Source: Callorhinchus milii
Taxonomy: Eukaryota
Direction: 5' to 3'
NCBI RefSeq assembly: GCF_018977255.1
Contig: NW_024704742.1
Location: 6,882,001 to 6,946,000, forward strand
Length of the DNA: 64,000 nt
How positions within the stretch are numbered: position 1 is the stretch's first letter; every line of letters begins with the position of its first letter. Below the pieces are notes generated by a model that saw only the letters and a program-made list of their open reading frames with translations, was not told where the DNA came from and did not search any database. Made by a program: the position numbers and the translations under genes. Shown piece by piece: positions 24,288 to 36,990 of the stretch.

Positions 24288-24638
24288 CATCATCTGCATC
24301 TGTAGCGTTGACGGTCAGAATGCTTGCTCCAGGAGGTAGGTTCTCCAACACCGCAGTGCTGTATGACGAAGGATTAAAAATGGGAGGATTGTCATTGACA
24401 TCCAGCACATTGAAGTAAACCCGTACTGTGCTGAACTGTCCGCCGCCATCTTCTGCTCGCACGGTGAGAATGTAATACCGCTGGCTCTCGTAATCCAGTG
24501 GGCGGGTCACGTTGAAGACACCGGTTATGGAGTTGAGGAAGAACATGCTGTCTTCGTCGTCCTCTTGCACCACGTACGTGACTTCTCCATTGGCACCGGA
24601 GTCGGCATCACTGGCCAGGATCGCTGCCACGATGGAGC
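24288..24638 (-). CDS. FAT4: FAT4 internal coding exon (351 nt, phase 1-1)
   Basis: Encodes (G)SIVAAILASDADSGANGEVTYVVQEDDEDSMFFLNSITGVFNVTRPLDYESQRYYILTVRAEDGGGQFSTVRVYFNVLDVNDNPP...ATDADD. Acceptor gcctcag, donor GTGCGT. The frame joins both neighbouring exons. Confidence 0.96.
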
Positions 24639-25031
24639 CTGAGGCATTCGAACAGAGGAATTAGAAATCTGGCTTCAAACAAACACAGACACTGTTCGAA
24701 AGTTACCAAATACGTTCTTCTTCAACGAAGAACAGAATTATATTTTTTTTGAAAACATGCAGCCGCAATGAGTTCATTTTCGTTTTAACAGAACCTTTTG
24801 GTTTCTGCTGCTGCTTTTGCAGCTTTCCCTCTTAAACACTCCCTTTTAGCACAAATCGTTGGGTATCAAAACGCTAAAAAAATCTCATGATTAGAACAGA
24901 CCCTTATTAAAATGAACAGCATTGGTTCATGCCAACCTGCACTTAATACACTCGGGAATTTTGCAAGACGGGTGTGTCCATCTGGGTGTGCATTTTATTC
25001 AAAACACAGAGAACTTTATATATATATATAT

Positions 25032-25340
25032 AACATAATAATCCTTGCGTTTGGTATCGCGCCTTATCACATCTTTGAGACGTCTCAAAACGCTGCACAG
25101 ACTATACTGTAAAGTGAATTGACTGCATATTTTGTGGGCGAAACGCGGCAGCCAATTGCGCACAGCAGCGTCCCCCACAAACAGTCGTAGATTGAAGTGA
25201 CCAATTTTATTATTTTTTTCTTGAGGGATTATTATCAGGCGTGTGAGGTAAGGAAACTTGCCCAAGGTTTTGGCCCGCCGGGAATCAAACCCAGGTCTCT
25301 CGCTTGCGAGGCGAGTGCTCTAACCCCTGAGCTACAAGAC
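25032..25340 (-). mobile_element. Full-length SINE family A short form (internal ~60-bp deletion), type-1 tail
   Basis: tRNA head present; cacacgcct is joined directly to ataatccct, lacking the ctgtttacctagcagtaagtagg...gcttttcc block. Confidence 0.9.
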
Positions 25341-25469
25341 AAACTTTCCATTTGTAGATGGCTGAGATATGTGGACCTCTCAGTCTGGTTTGGATACTCT
25401 TGAGCATGGTGATGGGCATCTGTCAGATACCCAGTTGATCAAAAGATTTATGCAAAGGTATATGCACCT

Positions 25470-25805
25470 CATCGCAATGTCGAGACGTCTCACAGATTAT
25501 ACTGTAATGTGAAATGGGTGTGTTTTGTGGGTGAAACCGACAGCCAATTTGTGCACAGCAAAACAGCCAAGGAGTGAGTGACAAATTTTATTTGGGGGAT
25601 TATTGGCCAAGACACAGGGAGAAACTTGCTTCTCTTTTGGAATAGTGCCATGGGATCTTTAATGTCCACCTTGGTTTAACATCTCATCTAAAGAGCAACA
25701 TCTCCAACAATGCAGCACATCCCCACAGCGCACTGGAGTGTCAGACTAGATTGTGTGAGCTCAAAGTCTCGACTTTGGGGCTTGAACCCACAACCTTCTG
25801 ACTCA
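25470..25805 (-). mobile_element. DeuSINE/SacSINE1-like SINE (family B)
   Basis: gagtcagaaggttgtgggttcaagcccc head remnant; ggtggacattaaagatcccatggcactattcc Deu core. Confidence 0.8.
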
Positions 25806-26431
25806 ATTTTGTGGCACTTGTGGCACAATGTAGCAGTTAGTTTATTGTCTGCTTATTAAGACAGTCATGTTGGGGATTCTCCAGAGGGAATGTGCATCAC
25901 ATTTGAACGCTTTGAGATATCCTGCTGGTGAGAAAGCCGCTATATAAATATAAATTATATTTCATTGTACAATTGATCATTACAGTTGGATCTATCACAC
26001 TATGTTTCACGTCGGGACATCCTCCCGATGTGAAAGGCGGTATACAAATGTAATTTTGTACTGTATTGTTTTTAAATTAAAACAAACTGTTTTTAGTGAT
26101 CAATGTACAATGGCTATTTGCTTGTAAAAGGACCGTCACTAGACTGAACAATAATTTCTGTGAAGCTTCGACATGATGAGGCGTGTTGTGATGTTTCGAC
26201 ATGATGAAGTGTGTTATGAAATACAAGGATTAGCAATAGACACCAATCGTGTTTCACAGCAGATCACAAAGAGTGGTGAGTCGAAGCTCTAGTATTGCAG
26301 TCTCTTTCAAGAGCACATAGTCTTGGACAGAATTGTTTTGTCTCTTCCTGTCTCTTTTTTAAAAAAAATTGGGCAAACCACGCGCTTCAAAAATCTCTTC
26401 CACAAAGAGAGCAGTATTTAATGATCCTTTA

Positions 26432-26600
26432 AAAAAATAATAATTTGGTCACTCAATCCACGACTGTTTGTGGGACATTGCTGTGGCTGCTGCGTTTCGC
26501 TTCCAAAGTACACAGTCAATTCACTTTACAGTATATCCTGTGAAGGGCTTTGAGACGTCTCGACGACGAGATAAGGCAAGGATTATTATCATTATTATTT
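26432..26600 (+). mobile_element. SINE family A 3' half
   Basis: aatttggtcactcaatccacgactgtttgtgggac...tgagacgtctcgacgacg...gattattatcatt. Confidence 0.85.
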
Positions 26601-27352
26601 TAGAAAATAAGAGTACAGAATAATGAAAGGCAAAAAGTTTCATGAAAGGCTTAACGGATGGAAACCTTTTGCTTATCGTTTACCACAGAAACTATTTCAA
26701 GGAATCCAGTTTATTTATTTATCCGAGACATTTATACCGGATATCCCAGTAAAGCTTGAGAGCTTGCTTACTGTGGGTTGTTGCCCAAGGGTGGCTAATT
26801 GGCACAACACAATGCAGAGGCAAAGCGAATACAGCACAAATCAACACAAGGCTGTGTTGAACATTTGGAATTCCTCAGCGGCTCAGTCAGCCTCTTGTTT
26901 TGAAGCGAAGCAATTGACAATTTATCTATTAACTGAGAAACATGATCCGAGTTGTCTGGGGTGGTATTCCGCATTGTGCCAATCGGCTGTTGCGTTCGCC
27001 CACAAAACACACTCACTGCACTTTACAGTTCATCCTGTGAAGTGTTTTGAGGTGTCCTCCCGACATGTAAGGACTATTAATCATAACACATGACTGAGTA
27101 CATATAGGAATTTCTGTGTTACAGGAAGAATAGAGCACAAATTAAATGGAACGAAAACTGGCAATTCTCCCACTTCATGGGAATCGCCCAACTACTCTGT
27201 CTCGATACACCTGAACCCTGAAGATAATCAAAATCTGCAATGCCCCCAAATCTCAGTTGAGGAAAAACTTAAAAGCTATTCTCAGTGAAAGTCAGAAGAA
27301 AAGATCTGTAGTACTTACTGATGCCAGATTCCGGGTTCTTTTACTGTCTTAC

Positions 27353-27614
27353 CTGGTGCAGTGTCCTCTTGTATGTCAAACGAGTAGACATCCTTGGTGA
27401 ATTTAGGCGTGTGATCATTGACGTCGCTGACAGTGATGTTAATCCTCATGTCAGAGGACTGCAGTCCATCATCAGCTCGAATGAGTAACGAGTATTTCGA
27501 CCGCCGCTCTCTGTCTAATCGCTTGGTGGCCACAAGATCTCCGGATTCTGGATCGATCTGGAAACTGTTGTCCGCTCCGCTGATGATCGTGTACGTCACA
27601 AGGGCATTCGGGCC
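27353..27614 (-). CDS. FAT4: FAT4 internal coding exon (262 nt, phase 0-1)
   Basis: Encodes GPNALVTYTIISGADNSFQIDPESGDLVATKRLDRERRSKYSLLIRADDGLQSSDMRINITVSDVNDHTPKFTKDVYSFDIQEDTAP. LDRERRSKYSLL and DVNDHTPKF are recognisably FAT4. Acceptor ttttgcag, donor GTAAGA. Confidence 0.96.
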
Positions 27615-27748
27615 CTGCAAAAAGTCAACAGTGCGTGGCAATGAGTGAAATAGTGAACAGGAGAATCAATAATGTATGTAACAAACCTCTTTTAGACTGA
27701 CGTCATGATAACAATAAGCCACTGTGCAGTCACGAAACAAAAAACAGT

Positions 27749-27892
27749 CCTTGCGTTCGGTATAGTGCCTTTCATGTCGGGAGGATGTCTCAAAGAGCTT
27801 CACAGGATTTATTGTGAAGAGACCGAGTATTTGTCGGCGAATGCGGCAGCCTATTTGCACGCAACGATGTTCCACAAACAGCAATGTAATGA
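27749..27892 (-). mobile_element. SINE 3' fragment, type-2 tail
   Basis: tccttgcgttcggtatagtgcctttcatgtcgggaggatgtctcaaagagcttcacagg. Confidence 0.75.
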
Positions 27893-30139
27893 ACAGCCAA
27901 TTGCATTTGGATAAATCTAAGAAGGCGCCTTGCAGAGGTTCATAAGACGCTAAATGGAACTCAGAAAACAAACCCCAAGTAAGAATTCACATATGCCAAG
28001 GCAGTAGAAAAAAAAAAGGACTATTTTCAGGGGTTTTGAAGGCCAATTTGAGGTCATACAAAAGGACATATTTCTTTATACGACTGAAGCAACAGCTTGG
28101 TCACATCATGGAGAGACAGTAGAGTTGGGATTTTGGAAGCTTAAGACCAGTTGAGCCTAATGGACTTCTTTATGTTCAGCCAAACCTCTCATGATCTTTT
28201 GAAAAGGATCAAAATGCACTGCTCGTGAATTCGCACGCGACGTGTTACAGTCTGCAGTTAGTCTGCATCAGGCTAATGATTCAATTGGTGACCTTTTATT
28301 TCTAAGACCACTTACTGCCAAGACATTCCCGAAATCCAGCCAAATGTATGTCAAATCTTTTAGGCTGCTGTTGAACATAGAAAGAGATTGAATTTGAGAT
28401 GTCCAGGTTTCCGTGACACAATTCGTAAACTCCCGGAGACGTACAGGCATCCAAAGCAATCCTCATGCACTTCACCTTCACAGGCAGAGGGCCAGACCTC
28501 ACACCATAGACTTAAATAGTGTTACAGCACGCACAGGAACAAGCCATTCGGCCCAACTATTTCATGCTGGTGTTTATACTCCACATGAGGCCCTAAATAT
28601 TATTCTCCTCTATTCCCTTCTCCCTCAGGTGTGCCTCAAGTTTTCTCTTTAAATACTGAAATGATCCAGACATTGCTGGACCCTTCAGCCACTAATGTTT
28701 CTTCCTGTGTCACTTTGTTTGAGTTGGTAAATCAAATGTTGTTTGATGCGAGTACTGGCTAGTCAGTGGAAGTGTCAGGTGTGCTACGCTTCTATAGCAG
28801 ACTCGCGTTTCAAATGAAGTAGAGCTATATTGAATGCCATTACAGTACATGGTGGAGCAAGAGTGTTATTTTGGTAGGAGTGCTGTACCCTGGGTTTAAC
28901 ATGGGGGCTGAAAATCCTCTCCTGTATATAACCAGCATTTTTCGCAGCCCATCGTTTTTGTGTAAAACTAAATGGGCCATAAAACCTGTTTCGATTTCAA
29001 CTTGCCTTCAATAAAGCAGGTGGGAAAAGCACCGGGCAGAACAAGTGGACGCTGGAAATAGTGCTTCTTCAGCGTTCGCAAACAGGATTCAGGATTAATT
29101 TACCAGTTTGCAAATATGGGACTTCAGATGAAGGCGCCTTTGAGCAAGGTACAGAGAGTAGCTGGAGTCTGTGGTACTCTTAACATAGGACTGGAGCAAG
29201 ATACAGAGGGCCCCAGTGTGTGTGGACTATGTCTAACATAATCTTCAGGAGAGGAAGGAAAAAAAGTATAAAGTAATAAACCCTGCATTTGAAACATAAA
29301 CCTAAGATTTGAAGCCCCACGGAGCCAAGTGTCTCGGCATAATATTGAGGGATGTCTTTGTATCTTCACTATTGGATTACAGATAAAATAAATAAAACAA
29401 TATATACTCTACATCAATATGGTGTGCACTAAACTAATCCAACCTTCATCCATAAAAAGTGACTTTTACAGCTGCAATGCTCTATTTCTAAACCAATAAC
29501 AGATGCAGTTGAATATTTTTAGTGTCAGTTATAATTTCTCTTCTATACCTTCTCAGTTTTCTTTTCCAGCAGTGCTGATCTTGGGTTTGTATATACAGGT
29601 GTCCCTGCTTTGTGAAGCACTTGCCTTTCAGCACAGGCACAGAAAGATCTGAACAAGGCTTTTTGGACATTCACATTTTCCGTGGTCTTACATGCCTCTC
29701 AGCTCAGTTGTTGTTGTTTCATTCTTGTTGTAATGAGCACCAGCTATATAAGCACTCTCACACTGCAAGGAGCTGAATTTTAGGAGTGCCGTTTTGCGAA
29801 GGTGTAGGCAGCAACACTTTTTCAGTCAAGGAAAGATTGTGATGAAAAAAGAATTTGATAAACATATCAGACTACCCATATAATCTGGTAGTATTTACTG
29901 CGAGAATAGTTGGCAATGGGTCTCCTTTCCTTAGAACAACAAAAGTGCAATTCAATTGTATTAAGGGTACATTTACGCATTTCACCCACAGAATATACTG
30001 TCAATTCACTTTACAGTATATCATGTGAAGTGCTTTGAGTTATCCTCCAGAAATGAAAGCTGCTTTATCAAAAATAAGGATTATTATTATATCCTCGGCA
30101 AATAGAGACATAAATTTCAGATCATTACTAAAATTGCAA

Positions 30140-30345
30140 ACAGAAGGTTGGAGATAATTTTCTTTACACATACCGTTATGGAGTTGTGAAATATCCTGTC
30201 AGGGATGGAGGTTGAAGCAAAATACCTCTCAAAAGTGAATTAGACAAACATCAAAATAGAAAAAAGGGTTATAGGGAAAAGGCAATGGAGTGGGACAACA
30301 CAGATAGCTTTACCATAGAATTGGCATAGGAACAATGGGCCGAAA
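30140..30345 (+). mobile_element. CR1 LINE 3' end remnant
   Basis: ttttctttacacat...gaggttgaagca...aagggttatagggaaaaggc...ggcataggaacaatgggccgaa resembles CR1 3' ends. Similar short CR1 tails lie at about 6535-6610, 28510-28640 and 35450-35525. Confidence 0.6.
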
Positions 30346-32139
30346 TAATAGTAATAATCCTCCTTGCATTCGATATAGCATCTTTCATATCAGAAGGGTG
30401 TCTCAAAAGTGATTCACAGAATTCACTGTAATGTTCTTTTTTGTCTGTATAGTTCGTAGTAGGCGAACTTAGCAACAAATTTGCACACATGATGTCCCAC
30501 CAGTCAACATGAAAAGAATGAGTAAGTTTATCTGAGAGATTGTTGGACAGGACATCCAGAGAAACAGCCTTCTTTTTTGAATAGTGCCATGGGATCTTTA
30601 GCAGATGGGGTAATTGGTTTAACATCTCATCCAAAGGACAGCACCTCCAACTCCAAATGCAGTGGTACTCAGCAATGTATTGGGAGTGTCAGCCTGGATT
30701 AGGAGCTCGAGGTTCTGATATGGCAGTTTCTGTGCTGAATAATTCTCTGATTAATTGAACTTTTTTTTTAAAACCACAAGTCGCTACCGCTTTTGGGATT
30801 TTGCGTATGATATGGTGTACACAGAGATCACTTTGCACCCTTTATGGGGCAAAATCAGACAAAAGCACACTTGTTGACTGCCTATTGAATACTGCATAAT
30901 ATTTCAACAAGTATGCAAGCTTCAAGGAACATTAGAAACTTGGGAGCTTGCTCCAAGTCTCAATATTGCAGGGCTCAACATTCCAAGTTTTGGTTTAAGT
31001 AACAGGATACACAGAGAACCCTGTGAATTAGAGGCACTTTGAGCCAGATTTGTGGAAATCGGGTTCTGCAAAGCTTGAATACTCTCATAAAACACAAAGC
31101 TCTTAAAACCTCTGGTGGAAAATCAAGGCAAACATAGAACCGTAGAAATTTACGGCACAGAAGAAATCTTGTCGACCCATCGTGTCTGAGATGGCTCTTT
31201 GCAATAGCAATCCATTCAGCGCCCGTTTCGAAATTCTTCGTGCCTCGTATGTCCACCGGCACTAATGACAGTAAGTTGAACTGTTTTAGTGATTTCCTTT
31301 TCTGAGATCATTTAATCTATTGTTTGGGCCTTTCTTAAAGAATAAAAAGGAACTCCGCTCCCTTTTAAGTCCTTCTATGTGCTTGTCCTGCAATCAGGTG
31401 AACAGCTAGACCCAGGGCTCTCTTAAATGACATGATAGAGGAATGAGACGAGGGCAGCCAGAACAAGCACTCTCTTTCCCTATGAGGAAATGGCTGATAT
31501 CCACTTATTGGGATCTAAATGGCATTCATAACAGGAGTTAGCATCAGAAACTCCTGCCAGACGTGTGTCACATCCACCCGCAGCAACTCCAGCAATCAAA
31601 ACTCCAGCATCAACGTGGTCGGTGAGACGCACGTCTGGTTAGTCGGCAGTCACAACTTGCGACGCGGGCTGTATTTTAGAAACCAATCTAGGAACTCACC
31701 ACGTGCGAAAAGCACTGTTATAAACTAACGTACAATCAATCCAGGTCACTCCACCACCTGTCTTTCACCCTTCATTAAACACATTAGTAGAAGACGTGGC
31801 ACAGTAGTAAAATGTACTAGGGGTGACTATGTTCGGTACCCGTAGTAGTTCTGTGCGACACAAGCTCAACTTCCCACACCATCCCGCTGTCTTTAATTTC
31901 TTGTGCCATTTATCCCGTTGTGGGTGAGATGGTTGTTTCAAAGCAGCCCGATCAGAAGGCTGTGTGCATGTTTGTACAGTGTTCCCTTGTGATCGGTGTC
32001 TTGAGATGACCGAGGAAAGGAAAGAAGAAAATCTATTTCATCACTTCAAAAAATTACAAAATGCTAAGCAAAATTTAAACTGAAACAGTTTGGGAAACTT
32101 GCGATAGATAATAAACCAGGAGATCTGGTACCAACCAAC

Positions 32140-32271
32140 CTCATCTGCGTCTGTAGCAGACAGTTGCAATATTCGAAATCCGTCCCCGATATTTTCTTCA
32201 ACAATTAGATCCAGAGCATCAGTAGGAAACACAGGTGGATTGTCATTGATATCTTGCAGGGTTATTTCCAC
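32140..32271 (-). CDS. FAT4: FAT4 internal coding exon (132 nt, phase 0-0), the exon following the giant 5' cadherin exon
   Basis: Encodes VEITLQDINDNPPVFPTDALDLIVEENIGDGFRILQLSATDADE (DxNDN, xEN and AxDxD cadherin motifs), closely resembling vertebrate FAT4. Acceptor ttttctag, donor GTTGGT. Confidence 0.95.
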
Positions 32272-34979
32272 CTAGAAAAAAAACAACACAATATCCGATT
32301 AATACACTGTCGGAGGAAATAAAACCATGCATAAATCTTCTTGTACTGTAACAACTTTCAAGGTAGCTATCAGGTGGCCTCATCCATTAATCATGTCTTG
32401 GAGAGCATGGCTCTATGATTCCAAACTTTAGAAAAGCAAAAAAGCTCTTTTCTTCCAAACCAGTATGTTTGCGTTTCGTTCTCTTTATCCTTACAACAAG
32501 TTGCGTCTATCTAGCTCCCACACACAAATATTACTTCTGCGGCCCCCGGATGTTTCTCAAATAGGGCATCCGGCCCTCAGCAGCCAAAGGGGCCCTCAGC
32601 AGCTGACGTAGGGTAAGGTCTCGGAACACTTCACAGGGATGAAGTTGGATCCCAAGCAGGGAGAACAAATGCCTCTAGCATTTTCGAAGAGGTATGGACT
32701 TCAAGACAGAATGAGAGGCGATGAGATGTTGTGATAGAAGGAGGAAGTTCCAGAGGTGGGAGCGTAGGATCTGAAGACTTGGCCACCAACGGCGGCGCAC
32801 AATGGGAGAACAGCGGGGAATGCGCTGGAAAATGTCTAAGTCGGATGTAATGAAAGTCTGAATGTGTACTTCAGAGGCAGTGAGAAAGAGGGGAAAATAT
32901 TCACGTGGCTCCTGAGCACGCAACTAGAGAAGCCCTGGGTGGACTGAAAGGACTTGTTTTAGTCTGATCTTCCAGGTTCTTCTCAACATTAAAAGACTGT
33001 GAAACTGGTTCTGCATTTTTGGACATATTGGTGCCATGAACTTGCTTCTTCTAGATGTTGGATTGAGACATTCCAAGAAAACATTCTGCAAACCTACCGA
33101 GAAAGCAGGTCAGTTTTCTAATACACTGCCTCATTGTACATTGTTGGATAGCTAACCTCACGAGGTGGAAGTTACAAAACAGCCACACACAACGCTGTTG
33201 AAAAATTAGGGTCTGTAGATGTCAACCTGAGAGCCCAGCTGCGGCGCTGAATGTTAGCCACGGGGATCACTTCCCTTCCTTCTTGGTCTGAGCCAAGCTG
33301 AGTGGGGAGGTGCTGACCGCAGTTTGTGGTATTTCCCGAAAGGGAAACTCAGAGGAGAGAGTGTCATTTCAGGATGCCAGAGCCAAGTGGCTGCTGATTT
33401 CATAAACACCATTGGCAGTGGCCTGGGAACATACTGCGAGCTCGGTTCAAGGCATCGAGCTGGCATCAAGGTAAAGAAAATTAGGTGAAATTACAAACCA
33501 AAGAGGACATTTATCTCTAAAGAATTCAAGAAAAAGAGAGTAAAAAAAAATGTTAGCCTGAAATCTACTAATGTTACTTCAACCTCTTCCAAGGACTGTA
33601 TTCAATTTTAACTGGAACCAACACCAATAATCTTTTACCAGGGTAATTCCAGGATTCTGGCCTCCAGTGCTGAACTGTTAAAGACTGAGAGTTGAAATCT
33701 GTTCAACCATTAATTATCACGTGATATGTAGACAAGTTGCTGGGCGATCAATCATCCGAGTCAGATATGCATGGTTATTGGCAGTAAGTACCATTTGTGT
33801 TTAATCTACTCAAAAATTGCTGTTTTCTCTTTTAATGTTGCTTTTTTTCTTTAATATCCTTACTGTTCACAAAACATTACAACAAATTCCCACACAAAGT
33901 CTTATTGCACCGCCTGCCATGCCAAGCTCAATCTAAAGATCTAAACAGACTTTTTTCTGACGCCTTTTTATTTACAGACCGTGGAAGCCAAATGTACACA
34001 GCAAAGCCAAAGTGTAAACAAACACCAGGGGGTTAGCTCATTTTCCAAGTTTCCCATATCACAGTAAGTGTGTAGTTTAGAACTAACTAAATCCTTAGAA
34101 ACCTGAGCTGCAGTGAGATTTTCCATTTTGCACATTACTGCAGGTCCTGTATTTTGCCATCATTATGAGGACATCAGCTGTACTTGTGTATCTCCCTTGA
34201 AAAATCTTTGACCTGACAACATTTTTCCCCCAAGAGGTTACAACCACAGCCACCACCAGAAGACCACCAAACAGGAGGATAACGTGCTTATATATAACCA
34301 AGCGCAGACTAGCATTTGTCTCACTACTAATAAAATATGAGATCATAAGTTTACCAGCTTGATTTAGGGACGCAGTTTCCAAATACTCCACTTAACGCAT
34401 TGTAAATCCAGTGTGTTTTACAGCTTTGGCTTTCCCAGCCAAATGCAATTTAAATCGTTCATTCCAAAAAGCCCCACAAACTGAACTTGGAAACCATAGG
34501 AAAGCTGATTGCTGCATATTTTTTTCACATCAAATGGACCCAATAAATATTTATAACTGATTGAATCTTGTTACGCAATCGGGATGGTCGTTTTCCTGCG
34601 GTTATATAGGGACAACGATTAAAAATGTGAAGCATCAAGTGGTGTTTAATGTGTAGCAGAGCACGGCCTCCGTAAGACTCCACACTTTGCTACTCTTGTG
34701 GGCCACAAATTTAGCTTCAAAAAGTTGGACCAGAATAATCTTGTTTTCTACAAACTGAAAGGCTCCTTTCCATACATCCATGCAGTCGAGTGCCCATCCC
34801 ACCCACTTCACTTACATTAGACAATTTTGGAGAGCAATCATTAAGGTCAGGGAGGCTTCCTACTCAGCTCCTGGTAACTCTGTATGCCAAAACCAATGCG
34901 GCTGAGAGATAGGGTGGTCTAGCTGGACAAGTAGCGGGAAGCTTGCCAGATAGTGTTCTCAATGGCAAGCTACAGGGCT

Positions 34980-35225
34980 TGAGCTGGTTAAACTCAAGCA
35001 GTAATCCAACACATACTCCTGGGTCGCCAAGCCTTGGCTCTTGACAACCTGTGCCTAATACTTTCCGGGATTAGATAAGAAAGGTACGGCTCTCCAGAGA
35101 GAGTGTGCATTCCTTTCCACGCAGAGGAAATTGCCATACGTTTGTGAAACTCTCAGTCTGGTTTGAATATTCCTAAACATGGTGATTAGTTTCCGCGTGT
35201 GTCAGACACCAGACTGACAAACAAA
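34980..35225. repeat. Unclassified old dispersed repeat (family C)
   Basis: Shares ccttggctcttg(a/c)caacctg and gaaactctcagtctggtttg...tgtgtcagacacc blocks with 37030-37280 and 25368-25445. Confidence 0.6.
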
Positions 35226-36696
35226 AATGAAATATTGGGGAATGTAATCAAACCAAAATAACATAATCAGGAATGAGGATAAGAATGCAAATGTTAACTG
35301 TAGTCTTTCCCTTTTTGCATGTTCTTTGACATAATAATCCTTACATTTTGAACCTTTCAACAATATTGAAGGCGACAAATATTTATAATAATCTGCATTG
35401 ATATAATGCCCTTCACCTACCTCAAGCTGCCTTACAAACTAACTGATTTAAGAAATAGGAGCAGGAGTAGGCCATTCGGCCCCTCGAGCCTGCCCTGCCC
35501 TTTAATAAGATAATGGCTGATCTTCTAACCTAATTACATTTACTTAGAATGAAAGTTCAAGTTATATAGGTAAACGTGGCACTGAATCCATACAAAACTG
35601 TCATGATAAGGCAACATTTACTTCTGCGCCTTCAAGTACAGTCACTACACTCTACACTAGCTTCACAATCCTGTGAAGATCTTTGAGAAGCTTTGATGGT
35701 GTGATGAAGTGCTCTATCAGATGTAAGTATTATTATTATTTTACAGAAGTTGTTCGATTTGTGAGTAAAGGATGTATTTTTCTACAAATGTGGTACCAGA
35801 AGGCCCTTAATGGATGGATCAGTGAAAGCAATAGACCTCAGAATCCGATCAGGCGGAGTACCTGTGTTTCTGCTCAGATTTGACACGAAGAAGAGAGGCA
35901 CATTTTTTTTTTGCAATGTCCCATAAATAGCCATGAAGTGAATGATCAATTTTATTTGGGGGATTTTATTTCCCAGGATACCCTTTCCTTTTTGAGAAGT
36001 GCCATGGAATCTTTAAAGTCTACCCAAACAAGCAGGTGGGACCTCGGTTTAACGTTTCATCTAAAGTACGATGCCTCCTGACAATCCAACAAGTCACCAC
36101 AATTTCGTTGTAACATATCACGCTGACTCAAGCTGCCACTTGTCTCCATTGTAGGACATGGTATTGCAATATCCTGTGTAAACATATATTCGTTACTGAA
36201 TTCATGCAGTGAGCTAATATATTATTAGAAATTAATAAGTGACCAAAAAGTTCTCGATACAGATTGATAACTGCATCAAAACCTTTCTCCTGAACCCGGG
36301 TGAAGCATTATATTCCTATAAATTCAAGTGCCTACTTTGAATTATGCCCTCATTTTTTCACTTTAAGTGCTGTGCTACTTCATGGTGCATTTCCAACCAG
36401 TCCGACCTTTTAATACCTGCCGTACATTTCTTTGCGCTCAGAACAGCTGTCAAACTCCGAATGTGAAAAAAATCAACGTCACTGCCTCGGTCCTTGACTT
36501 TAACAATCACTGCTCTCGCACTAACATGAACATATCACTCATTGCTTACAGTTCACTTATGAATGCTGATGGAGACACAGACACATCAACCCTTGTTTGA
36601 GCATGATCCTTGCTGTAATACGCCTTTGGTATAACTTTCAGACATACAAAGAGCACATGGCACGCCTTCACTATATCACATTCTTTCCAGTCAGTA

Positions 36697-36990
36697 TCAA
36701 CAACAACAACACATTTATATAGTACCCCTCATACAGTGTAGCGTCCCAGAGTAATTGAGGGGGAGCATGATGCCAAGCCGGGGAAGGTGACCGTAGGCAC
36801 GGTTGAAGAGGAAGGTCTTCAGGTGCAACCTGAAGATGGGGAAGGAAGGAGCAAGGCGGAGGGATAGAGCAAGGGTGTTTCAGAGTTTCGGGGCGTAGTG
36901 GCTGTAAGTACGGCCACTGATAGTGGACGGAGGGCAAGAGGGACAAGCAAGAGGCCACTGTGTTGGGGAATAAGCTGGTAGGGAGGTGCC
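36697..36990 (-). mobile_element. L2 LINE 3' fragment (older subfamily)
   Basis: (AAC)n tail; gcacggttgaagaggaaggtcttcag corresponds to LKTFLFNRA, homologous to the 11213 copy. Confidence 0.75.
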
